A program made the position numbers and the translations under genes. The notes beneath the pieces were generated by a model. It searched no databases. It was not told the DNA's origin and saw nothing but the letters and a program-made list of their open reading frames with translations. Positions 10,554-20,862 of a stretch of 64,000 nucleotides of DNA are shown piece by piece. Position 1 is the stretch's first letter. Every line of letters begins with the position of its first letter. This DNA comes from Nitrosopumilus sp. (GTDB taxonomy: Archaea; Thermoproteota; Nitrososphaeria; Nitrososphaerales; Nitrosopumilaceae). The DNA lies in the NCBI GenBank assembly GCA_965223425.1, contig OZ245003.1, positions 1,344,001 through 1,408,000 on the forward strand, written 5' to 3'.

Positions 10554-11000
10554 TCAGAACGTTTTCATCAGGTACCGGATCATCTTCTCACTCATCTCTG
10601 AGACTTTCTGGATGGTTTGTGCAAAATCCCCCTGGTTTAGCTGCTCTTTTTTGTCCAGAACAGCGTACACCCCCACCGTTTTTTTGCCGTTCTCATCTGA
10701 GAACCTGTGCACAGCGCCGATGGCCTTGCAGTATTCTGCGACCCTTCCCTCAAAACTGGCCTTTTGCTGATCTGAGAATTTCAGGAGTCTGGCATTCTGG
10801 TTGTTCTTTAGGGGGCATTTTGCCCCCAGAACAAGTACGTCTGGCTGGCTTTTTGGCTCAAATATCTCCACGGCATTCCCAAAACTGTTGACATGGCTTA
10901 CTGTGATCCTAAATGAATCGCCTTCTGCAGTAGTGTTCTTGAACTTGTAGCTTTCATGAGTCAGCCACCGCTCTACTGCGTCTCTGAGGTTCTGGGCCAT
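10554..11000 (-). CDS. Conserved hypothetical protein (DUF2299-like)
   Basis: LRDAVERWLTHESYKF N-terminus resembles thaumarchaeal DUF2299-type proteins. Confidence 0.6.
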   Translation of the reverse strand: MAQNLRDAVERWLTHESYKFKNTTAEGDSFRITVSHVNSFGNAVEIFEPKSQPDVLVLGAKCPLKNNQNARLLKFSDQQKASFEGRVAEYCKAIGAVHRFSDENGKKTVGVYAVLDKKEQLNQGDFAQTIQKVSEMSEKMIRYLMKTF

Positions 11001-11054
11001 GGTCTGGGTGCTGTCTTGCCCAATATTATGTTGTTTTGGGCTGATAGATTTATA

Positions 11055-11082
11055 ATGTTTCTAAATTCGAGTTTAGAAATAT
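11055..11082. promoter_or_regulatory. 28-bp palindrome ATGTTTCTAAA-TTCGAG-TTTAGAAATAT (copy 2)
   Basis: One mismatch to 5158-5185. Confidence 0.6.
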
Positions 11083-11275
11083 ATGTATCATAATGCGTCA
11101 GGGCCACTGGGATCAAAAACATTGCAACAAAAACACGATGATCTCTTCTGCAGCTTATGACAAGCGCTCTATCTCATCAGATCAAATGGATGATTCCTAC
11201 TCTGCCATGGGCAGTTCTGAAAATGAACATGATGGTAAACTTTACAGGATCTCAAGACGGGTTTACACTAGTCTC

Positions 11276-12022
11276 TCAAAATCTTTTTTGTGAAGCACAT
11301 CTTACATGAATCCAATTTGAGTATCTGTCTTGCGCAACTCTGTCTTTACCTGCTGTTATTTTGCGTTTACATATTTTACACACGCTGCTGAACTTTGCCA
11401 TTATTCCTCCATATTGCCGGCTGTATTTGTTATTGTAGTTATTTCTATAACCGTTGCTATAATTACTGTGGCTGTTATCATAACTCTTGCTATGGCTGTC
11501 ATTGTAATCATCTTCATCGTCTACGACATCTGTCAAAGTGTGTGCAAACGAACTTCCTGACATCATGTCCCAATCCATGTCAATATACTCTGGTTTGCTT
11601 AAGATATTCTCTATGTGAAAGACAGCAATCGGTAGGCGTATGTCTGATAGTGTCTTGTATTGATTGTCTGAAAATATTCCCAGCCCCGTCTTTACTTCTG
11701 CCCAGCAGAAATTCTTGGGATGCTGGATTTGTGAAATATCAGCTTGTTCTATCTTACATGCAAGATAATCAAACACAAAACTTGGATTGTGAGAGGAATG
11801 GTTGGATGGTTTGGATATTTGGATAATTTCCGGTCTTATGTGCTTTGGAATGTGGACACGAATCCTCTCAAAACCCATCTTAAAAACAACAGAACCGAGG
11901 TCTTTGCAACCGTATAGATTTTCAAGCGAGCAATATGCCCAACCCCTCTGTGAGCATAGCTCCTTGTAGTATGTCTCACCAAGAGCACCTTTAAGTGATT
12001 TGGTAATTTTTGGGTGTGTCAT
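11276..12022 (-). CDS. Putative PD-(D/E)XK nuclease with C-terminal CxxC...HxxC zinc-binding tail
   Basis: KGALGE, FVFDYL, WAEVKTG; CKIC...HVRC. Confidence 0.65.
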   Translation of the reverse strand: MTHPKITKSLKGALGETYYKELCSQRGWAYCSLENLYGCKDLGSVVFKMGFERIRVHIPKHIRPEIIQISKPSNHSSHNPSFVFDYLACKIEQADISQIQHPKNFCWAEVKTGLGIFSDNQYKTLSDIRLPIAVFHIENILSKPEYIDMDWDMMSGSSFAHTLTDVVDDEDDYNDSHSKSYDNSHSNYSNGYRNNYNNKYSRQYGGIMAKFSSVCKICKRKITAGKDRVAQDRYSNWIHVRCASQKRF

Positions 12023-12100
12023 GTACTATTGGTATCATTGTATCTAAAAATTGTTTCTTGGTGAACCTTTCTTCATACTGCACATTATGGTTATAATATT

Positions 12101-13289
12101 AGACCTGATCTGTAATTACTAACAAAACCTGACGTTTCACCAAACTGATTCCTTGTTACGTCATGGTATCACAACAAAATCTCGCGTCTTCAGCTTGTAG
12201 TTGATCAGGCCGCAGATTATGGCATTGATGCAGTCATACCTGCACAGTCTGTTCCTAAACTTGTCCCTCATTATGCCGAATTTCTTGATCCTTGAGATGA
12301 CATGCTCATCGGTACCCTTGCTCTGGACAGCTCCCGGTTGAATTCCTTCTGCGCATCATCAAGCTTGCCGCCCCTTGGCCTCCTGTGCGGGATCAACACG
12401 TCAAGCTCCGGATAGTCCTTCCGTATCCCCTGATATCCAAGATCCACAAGGATTTTCAGATCTCTTGAAAGTTTTGGGCACTTGCTTGAAGACAGAATAG
12501 TCATGCCTGCCTCCAGCGAGTGCGGCGTCCTGTGCATAATCATGCCGTCTGCGTTTACAACGCACTGTGTCTTGACCGTATGCATCTTCTTTTTGCCCGA
12601 ATAGTGTGTTTTTCTCCTGGACTTGTTCTTGAGCCTTGGAATCTGCTGCTCTGATGCGTCAATGACTGCGTGCAGCCCCGGAAAGGCGCATGCCAGCTCC
12701 CGAATGTCTGATATCTGTCTGGTCTCTGCAAGCTTTTTGTCAGGCAGTGACAGTGCAGACCTTATGGCAGGCTCCATGTATCGTATGCCGGTGCTGACAT
12801 TTGACTGGCTCAGGTCAAAAAGCAGGCTCAGGGGACCCTGTGTGACGTGTGTCCTGTAGTGGATCAGTGCCATCAGGATTCTGTCCCTGCGGCAGTGTTT
12901 GAACCTGCGCCCTGCGCCGATGTCTCGGATTCTGTTATTCCTGTAGAGGCGCTTTTCCTCCGTTATCAGCTAAGCGAAATGTAAACAGAATATTCCTTTT
13001 GTTTTGTTATTAAACATAATTTGAGTCACATTCCATTGTTCTATTCCTATTTTTTGTCCGATTTTTAGTACATTTCGCTTAGCTGATTATCTTATATTGT
13101 GACTTTATCTCCGGGCACAGATCATAAAACTGCTCGGGGGTAACTCCCGTCATGGACAGGAATAATTTTGGTTTTTTTGCCAGCTTTTTGTGGTTTAACA
13201 TGACATGCATGGCATTTTGCCTGTTTTGGATCTTGTTGAGAACAAATATCTGGAAAATGGTAAAATTATGTTAATAACAGATAGGGTCT
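12101..13289 (-). mobile_element. IS5-family (DDE_Tnp_4-type) element, copy 1, inactivated by frameshifts and a MITE insertion
   Basis: Ends AGACCTGATCTGTAATTA / TAATAACAGATAGGGTCT; near-identical to 27105-28172 and 43125-44193; flanks ATT/ACT do not match. Confidence 0.92.
12966..13086. mobile_element. 121-bp MITE with 18-bp TIR TCAGCTAAGCGAAATGTA and TTA target duplication
   Basis: Absent from the other two IS copies at the same position; TTA on both sides. Confidence 0.9.
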
Positions 13290-13298
13290 ACTGATTCC

Positions 13299-16200
13299 GT
13301 TTCAATCTTTGTTGTATTAGAATTTCTTTTAGACTCTATTTCGGCGGGGATTACACCTAACTCCTGTTGTTTCAATCTTTGTTGTATTAGAATTTCTTTT
13401 AGACAGACTAAAGACAATACCTATCAAGAAAAAAACAAAGTGTTTCAATCTTTGTTGTATTAGAATTTCTTTTAGACTGCCCACGTTGATGTGATGTGCC
13501 CTGTTACGGCTAGTTTCAATCTTTGTTGTATTAGAATTTCTTTTAGACCTAGGTATATGGAATTGTTACGAAAATATGATTCCTATGTTTCAATCTTTGT
13601 TGTATTAGAATTTCTTTTAGACTGAATAAGTAGAGTTTATATATTATCCTGAAAATAGTTTCAATCTTTGTTGTATTAGAATTTCTTTTAGACTCATTCA
13701 TACTCCATTGACTTCGTTCGCTTCCACTGTTTCAATCTTTGTTGTATTAGAATTTCTTTTAGACTGTGATAGTATCACAATCCTGACGATCTGTGATACG
13801 TTTCAATCTTTGTTGTATTAGAATTTCTTTTAGACTATGTTACGGTTCTTGCCTCGGTATCGCGCAGAAGTTTCAATCTTTGTTGTATTAGAATTTCTTT
13901 TAGACCGAAAAAATCCAAAATATGAGGGGACCCTATAATGTGTTTCAATCTTTGTTGTATTAGAATTTCTTTTAGACGGGAAGGTTACAGACAGACTAGA
14001 CAAATATTTGAAGTTTCAATCTTTGTTGTATTAGAATTTCTTTTAGACTTACCTTCAAGCTCAACACCTCAACACGCTTTTGTGAGTTTCAATCTTTGTT
14101 GTATTAGAATTTCTTTTAGACGGTGCTGTAGAGCTTATTCAGGAATGGAGTAACGAGTTTCAATCTTTGTTGTATTAGAATTTCTTTTAGACAGACTATT
14201 TTAGGTCAGTTTACAGCAAATGACATGTTTCAATCTTTGTTGTATTAGAATTTCTTTTAGACTTCTATCAAACACCGTTCCCTCTCTCTCAAGATTGTTT
14301 CAATCTTTGTTGTATTAGAATTTCTTTTAGACTATGCGAGGATTTATAACCTCGACCTTAATTATTAAGTTTCAATCTTTGTTGTATTAGAATTTCTTTT
14401 AGACTCAGTCATGGTTCAATATTGTAGACTTGATACTAGTTTCAATCTTTGTTGTATTAGAATTTCTTTTAGACCACACATTGCATATTAACCTTTCAAA
14501 CGATAACTGTTTCAATCTTTGTTGTATTAGAATTTCTTTTAGACAAAACCTATTTTGTAACTTTACATTTTAGGATATTTCGTTTCAATCTTTGTTGTAT
14601 TAGAATTTCTTTTAGACATAGTCGTAGACTATATTAAGTCAGCGGGGGGGGGGTGTTTCAATCTTTGTTGTATTAGAATTTCTTTTAGACAGTCAAGTAT
14701 CGTTGTCTCTGATGAATCAAGTGAAAGTTTCAATCTTTGTTGTATTAGAATTTCTTTTAGACTGCGTTGTTTGTTGGGTTTGGAGCAGCGCTTAGTTTGT
14801 TTCAATCTTTGTTGTATTAGAATTTCTTTTAGACATCATCTGAAATAAATTGAGTTCTATGACTGTGAATGTTTCAATCTTTGTTGTATTAGAATTTCTT
14901 TTAGACATAAAGGAACATCAGGAGATATACAACCAGAAAAAAGTTTCAATCTTTGTTGTATTAGAATTTCTTTTAGACGGAGGACAAGGAGGACGATCTT
15001 AACTCAGTCCTCCGGTTTCAATCTTTGTTGTATTAGAATTTCTTTTAGACTTTCTGAGAAGTATCTTAGCAGGGTCAGAAAGAAGTTTCAATCTTTGTTG
15101 TATTAGAATTTCTTTTAGACTATGATAGTGTGAACGAAAGAGTTACCAGAGTAAAGTTTCAATCTTTGTTGTATTAGAATTTCTTTTAGACCAAGTGTTC
15201 TGCCGGACTGTTCGTTGAACATGAGGTGTTTCAATCTTTGTTGTATTAGAATTTCTTTTAGACACATTATCAACGCCCCAACTGCCCAACACTACGTTCA
15301 GTTTCAATCTTTGTTGTATTAGAATTTCTTTTAGACCTGATATGCCGACAGAACATCCCTTGTGAATCCGTGTTTCAATCTTTGTTGTATTAGAATTTCT
15401 TTTAGACAAAATTCGGATCTGACAACAACAAACCGCTGTCATAGTTTCAATCTTTGTTGTATTAGAATTTCTTTTAGACTCTAAGGTTACCGTCTGTCTC
15501 ATCAAATCCCCAGTGTTTCAATCTTTGTTGTATTAGAATTTCTTTTAGACTGGCTCACGCCAGAGGCAATGACGTCATATCTGATGTTTCAATCTTTGTT
15601 GTATTAGAATTTCTTTTAGACTGATCAGTTTCCTTTTTAGTGTCTGGATGTCCCCATGTTTCAATCTTTGTTGTATTAGAATTTCTTTTAGACTAGAACC
15701 TATTTGCTAGACGTCATTGATGACGATATGTTTCAATCTTTGTTGTATTAGAATTTCTTTTAGACCCACCAGGAGGAGGTTTTGACGTAACGGGGCTATG
15801 TTTCAATCTTTGTTGTATTAGAATTTCTTTTAGACCAAAGGGGGGGGGATAGCCCGATTGTGGCGCTCTGTTTCAATCTTTGTTGTATTAGAATTTCTTT
15901 TAGACCGTCACCCGTGGCCGTCAGGATTGTATCTGTCTTGTTGGTTTCAATCTTTGTTGTATTAGAATTTCTTTTAGACAAAAAATCCAAGATGATCTAA
16001 TTTTGTCAAAGTTACGGTTTCAATCTTTGTTGTATTAGAATTTCTTTTAGACATCCAGTTCTAGTCTTAGCTGCTGTTTGTCATTGCGTTTCAATCTTTG
16101 TTGTATTAGAATTTCTTTTAGACTTACCTTTACAGTTACAATTTCATTGTCCAGTGAAAAGTTTCAATCTTTGTTGTATTAGAATTTCTTTTAGACATTC

Positions 16201-18540
16201 AGATGGGCAAGTCATGTCTGCAAATTATTCAAGGTTTCAATCTTTGTTGTATTAGAATTTCTTTTAGACTTTCCGCAATATGATCAATCAAACTGCCCGA
16301 TGTGGTTTCAATCTTTGTTGTATTAGAATTTCTTTTAGACTTACTGCGAGTGGTGTTGTACTTGCACCATTTAAGTTTCAATCTTTGTTGTATTAGAATT
16401 TCTTTTAGACCATGTCATACTATACCAAAACAGCCACTGCATATGTTTCAATCTTTGTTGTATTAGAATTTCTTTTAGACTACCGGATCTAAGTGAATGG
16501 TTCCATTGGTTGTTGTTTCAATCTTTGTTGTATTAGAATTTCTTTTAGACGGAATGACCATAAAATTAGACAATATTTCAGAGATGTTTCAATCTTTGTT
16601 GTATTAGAATTTCTTTTAGACATACAGAGTAGGCAGATTATAATGCCGATTGGAGGTTTCAATCTTTGTTGTATTAGAATTTCTTTTAGACGAAAAATTG
16701 ACCTGCTAATGGTTGACCCGCCGTAGTTTCAATCTTTGTTGTATTAGAATTTCTTTTAGACAAACTGGTTGTCAAAGACAAAACCGCTGCATATGAGTTT
16801 CAATCTTTGTTGTATTAGAATTTCTTTTAGACCTATAGAGTGCGTCTCTCTTAGCACTGATGCCCCGTTTCAATCTTTGTTGTATTAGAATTTCTTTTAG
16901 ACTGAAAGTAGTCAACTCCTGCGTTTGGTTCTGTACTCAGTTTCAATCTTTGTTGTATTAGAATTTCTTTTAGACTTCACACTTGGCGTCCCCTAACGTT
17001 TCATTTGTTTGTTTCAATCTTTGTTGTATTAGAATTTCTTTTAGACTTATTGCAACTATATAGAAACTGATCAGAGTTATTATGTTTCAATCTTTGTTGT
17101 ATTAGAATTTCTTTTAGACTCTCACTTCATAGATTTGTAAGTGCATGTATGACCTGTTTCAATCTTTGTTGTATTAGAATTTCTTTTAGACTCTCGATCG
17201 TCCTGATACACCCGTATACATGACAGTTTCAATCTTTGTTGTATTAGAATTTCTTTTAGACATAAAAGCCCAGAGAGCCAAAGCAATAACAGGCCTTGTT
17301 TCAATCTTTGTTGTATTAGAATTTCTTTTAGACTTCAGATCAGAGGACAGACAGGGATTCAGTTCTATGTTTCAATCTTTGTTGTATTAGAATTTCTTTT
17401 AGACGGATTATCATCAATTCTTGACCACTTGCTTGACTCGTGTTTCAATCTTTGTTGTATTAGAATTTCTTTTAGACTGAATAAATTGCCATTTTGATTC
17501 ACCCATTCTTCGTTTCAATCTTTGTTGTATTAGAATTTCTTTTAGACAGTACACCAGGTTGAAAACTGTTTACAGGTGAATAGTTTCAATCTTTGTTGTA
17601 TTAGAATTTCTTTTAGACTTGCTGATATGCTGTTAATATTTTGTGGGCAATCAGTTTCAATCTTTGTTGTATTAGAATTTCTTTTAGACTATCTCCAGCG
17701 AAATGATCAGGAGCGTGCAAAGTGTTTCAATCTTTGTTGTATTAGAATTTCTTTTAGACCATAGCAGGAGACAGCATCAGTTATCTATCCACAAGTTTCA
17801 ATCTTTGTTGTATTAGAATTTCTTTTAGACCAAAGAATTGACCTCTAGACATCCCAGCGATTACGTTTCAATCTTTGTTGTATTAGAATTTCTTTTAGAC
17901 ATGAAAAAGCCGGACGGATTGGACGGCTCGCCGGACGTTTCAATCTTTGTTGTATTAGAATTTCTTTTAGACTGACCTGATGTTAATTGATGTTAGACTG
18001 GTTAAGGTTTCAATCTTTGTTGTATTAGAATTTCTTTTAGACAGTCGACTGCATTGTAAAAAAAATAACGGAGTGTAAGTTTCAATCTTTGTTGTATTAG
18101 AATTTCTTTTAGACTCTTGCGGTGGGTCCAGCCGTTTTCGGACTCAAAAGTTTCAATCTTTGTTGTATTAGAATTTCTTTTAGACTGGTTCATGTTATCA
18201 GAATATCCACACACGTATAAGTTTCAATCTTTGTTGTATTAGAATTTCTTTTAGACCAAACGGATTTTTTCGCGTAGCGCCCAGTGATTTTAGTTTCAAT
18301 CTTTGTTGTATTAGAATTTCTTTTAGACCCAGCTATGATGGCTAAACTCACTCGCATCCAAAGTTTCAATCTTTGTTGTATTAGAATTTCTTTTAGACCA
18401 TAATATGTTCAGCCTCTCCGCGCATGCAACGTGAGTTTCAATCTTTGTTGTATTAGAATTTCTTTTAGACCATATCTTGTGGAGACTGACGTGCAAAGTG
18501 TGACGTTTCAATCTTTGTTGTATTAGAATTTCTTTTAGAC
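13299..18540 (-). CRISPR. CRISPR array, 74 repeats / 73 spacers (about 34-38 nt); repeat GTCTAAAAGAAATTCTAATACAACAAAGATTGAAAC in the transcribed (minus) orientation
   Basis: Counted by eye; ATTGAAAC 3' handle typical of type I-B; leader on the cas4 side. Confidence 0.99.
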
Positions 18541-18622
18541 AGTCCAATTTTTTGCCTCTTTTCCTTATTTGGAGTTAATTTTCTTCCGCATTTATTTGCT
18601 GAACCACCGTGTTTAAAAATTA
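18541..18622 (-). promoter_or_regulatory. CRISPR leader
   Basis: AT-rich noncoding segment between cas4 stop and first repeat, with a TTTAAA box. Confidence 0.7.
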
Positions 18623-19207
18623 TTATTGACTATTTAATGAACCTATATCGCAGATTTTTCTATAACAGCAGTTTACACATCTTCGATCGTAATATGATTC
18701 TGGTGAAATTCCTGTGTTGATGATGTTCTTTGTCTCATGTAACATCCTGATCGCATAATCTTTAATGTCCTTATCTATATTCACATGTATTTTTACACGT
18801 TTATTGTTTTTTGTAAAGTATACGTATGCGTAATATACTGGTTTGTGCAAATTCTCTTCTAAAAGTACAGATAGAAGACCAAGCTGCACACGTAGGCTGT
18901 CATGTATCTTGCTGTAATTTGTATACTTTCGTTCAATTAGGACAATTTGATCTACTGTCTCTACCGCATGATCTACTATACCAACAAAGCCATGCTTTTT
19001 AGAGTATAGTTTTTGCGATGTAATCTTTGTACCTATCAGCCCCTCTGGAACAAAACTCTTGTTTGTTTTCTCCGATGTCCAATGATGTCTTTTGCCGGAC
19101 TGAACAGTGCCTCTCTTTTCTTCATATTGTTCTAATCCCATTACATGCCCATAGTACGTAAACTTTGGACAGAACACATTTTCAACTACTGTTGTGACTG
19201 ACATCAT
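18623..19207 (-). CDS. cas4: CRISPR-associated exonuclease Cas4
   Basis: FCPK, GIVD, IERK, QL, CxxCxYxxxC Fe-S motif. Confidence 0.95.
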   Translation of the reverse strand: MMSVTTVVENVFCPKFTYYGHVMGLEQYEEKRGTVQSGKRHHWTSEKTNKSFVPEGLIGTKITSQKLYSKKHGFVGIVDHAVETVDQIVLIERKYTNYSKIHDSLRVQLGLLSVLLEENLHKPVYYAYVYFTKNNKRVKIHVNIDKDIKDYAIRMLHETKNIINTGISPESYYDRRCVNCCYRKICDIGSLNSQ

Positions 19208-19210
19208 GGT

Positions 19211-19504
19211 CTAAAACACCATGGATGGCCTCTTTCCCTGTGCATATTGCGCATCAAAATCCCTGCCTACCGTGATCATCTTTCCAAAACATAGATTGCA
19301 GCTCATTATGAGATAAAACGAATCTGTCTCCTGATTTATTGCCTGTCTTATCTTCTCTATCATATCCTTTTTTTGCTGGTTTGAGATGTTGCCACAAAAC
19401 ACGCTTTTTTGTATTCTTATCAACCCTGCATCCTTGAGAACCTGAATCGTGGATTCGCGTGTGTTGTTGTCTGTTATATCATATGTGGCATAATACATAG
19501 TCAT
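19211..19504 (-). CDS. cas2: CRISPR-associated endonuclease Cas2
   Basis: YDITDN...RIQKSVF. Confidence 0.97.
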   Translation of the reverse strand: MTMYYATYDITDNNTRESTIQVLKDAGLIRIQKSVFCGNISNQQKKDMIEKIRQAINQETDSFYLIMSCNLCFGKMITVGRDFDAQYAQGKRPSMVF

Positions 19505-20496
19505 TGCACTGTGACATTCTCCGCAATTTTATCAACATCCAAAAGCTGATTTATGATGCTTCTACAATACTTCCATGTATTTACTTCCAACTGTTTTTGG
19601 CATACATCTCGGTATATTCGTATAAGCTCAAACCTTCCTTGCTTTGTTATCTCAACTCCTGGGAAGATGTCTTTTTTTATGTTATTGGAAAACCACATGT
19701 CCTTAACCATTCTCCTGCTAAACAAGTATACTAAAGACTTGTCTATTATTGGCCTACATGGCTCTATTAGATCGTATACGAGGGTAGGTTTAGCATAGCT
19801 GTCTTTGTGGTAGAATCCAGCTGTTGGGTCAAGTCCAGACAGTATCACTACCTTTTCAATGCTGGAATATGCCATGCCGTAGAGATAGTTCAGAGATGCA
19901 TTAAACGGATCAACCCCTGGATTTTGTGTTCTGCGCTCAAAGCGCCATTTTTTTGGAAGTGTAGCTGATATTATTTTAAAATATCTTGTAGCACAACTTC
20001 CTTCAAATCCTAGAAAATGTAGTGCAAAACTCCTATCATATGCAGTATCTTTTACAACATGTATGGTTTTGTTGAAAAATGACACAGCTTCTGCAATGTC
20101 TTTTGTCATCTCACTGGGCTCCCTGTTTTGTTTCAGCTCCGAAAGGAATCGCTTCTGTTTTGATAACTTTTCCAGTAAAAGTTTCTTTGTAATATCAAAT
20201 GCAAATAAAGTATCCAAGTTAAGGTACTGTTGTCTTCTTATCTGTGTCTGGCGTCCTGGGGAGCTGGCCCACATCCGCGCAAGCGGTTTGCCCGACTGTG
20301 AGGCCACTACTAACTGTATGTGTCTTTCTATACAAAGACGAATTGCAGCAGTGCTGATCATCGCGTTTGCAGTTATCAGTATGGCATCTACCATCTCTGC
20401 TGCTATTTCTTCATCATTCTGATCTGGTATTTTTATTATAAATCGTTCTCTCTTCCTGCGCAAGCTTGCCCCATGGGTGGTAATATCAATTATCAT
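19501..20496 (-). CDS. cas1: CRISPR-associated integrase Cas1
   Basis: GFEG, DPFNASLNYLY, GLDPTAGFYH, LVYDLIEP. Confidence 0.97.
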   Translation of the reverse strand: MIIDITTHGASLRRKRERFIIKIPDQNDEEIAAEMVDAILITANAMISTAAIRLCIERHIQLVVASQSGKPLARMWASSPGRQTQIRRQQYLNLDTLFAFDITKKLLLEKLSKQKRFLSELKQNREPSEMTKDIAEAVSFFNKTIHVVKDTAYDRSFALHFLGFEGSCATRYFKIISATLPKKWRFERRTQNPGVDPFNASLNYLYGMAYSSIEKVVILSGLDPTAGFYHKDSYAKPTLVYDLIEPCRPIIDKSLVYLFSRRMVKDMWFSNNIKKDIFPGVEITKQGRFELIRIYRDVCQKQLEVNTWKYCRSIINQLLDVDKIAENVTVQ

Positions 20497-20830
20497 CTAC
20501 TTTCTGTATTATGCCAAACCCCTTTGATACACTTTTCCCTATGCCGATGTATTTTGGTAGCGACAGATTTGTCACAAACTTAGCATAAAACCCTGAAAAC
20601 CTATGTTTGTGTACAATAACTGGTGCCTTTTTGTACCATTTTATCTGAACATACAGATGGTAGTCTATTTTGATTCCTATGCCCTTTAACATACTTAGCA
20701 AGTTTCCGATAAGCATCTCCTCCAAAAACCTTCTCCTAAACTGTGGGTCAATATTCTTGAATTTTACATAATTTTCTGCATTTAGCGCAATCCATGGAGA
20801 TTTAAATGAATATTGTGTTATTTTTATAAA
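20486..20830 (-). pseudogene. cas6: Truncated cas6 (C-terminal half only), overlapping the cas1 start
   Basis: SPWIALNAENY...GNLLSMLKG...GIGKSVSKGFG closely matches 26364-27020; N-terminal half missing. Confidence 0.85.
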
Positions 20831-20862
20831 ACTAATATAATACTCAGATCCTATTTTTTCAC

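Noticed and set aside
15980-16016. Spacer sharing ATGATCTAATTTTGT with 6223-6237 (possible self-targeting)
   Set aside because: Only about 15 contiguous AT-rich nt; plausible by chance given 73 spacers and 64 kb
13938-18547. ORFs called inside the CRISPR array
   Set aside because: Translations of repeats and spacers (SKRNSNTTKIET), not genes
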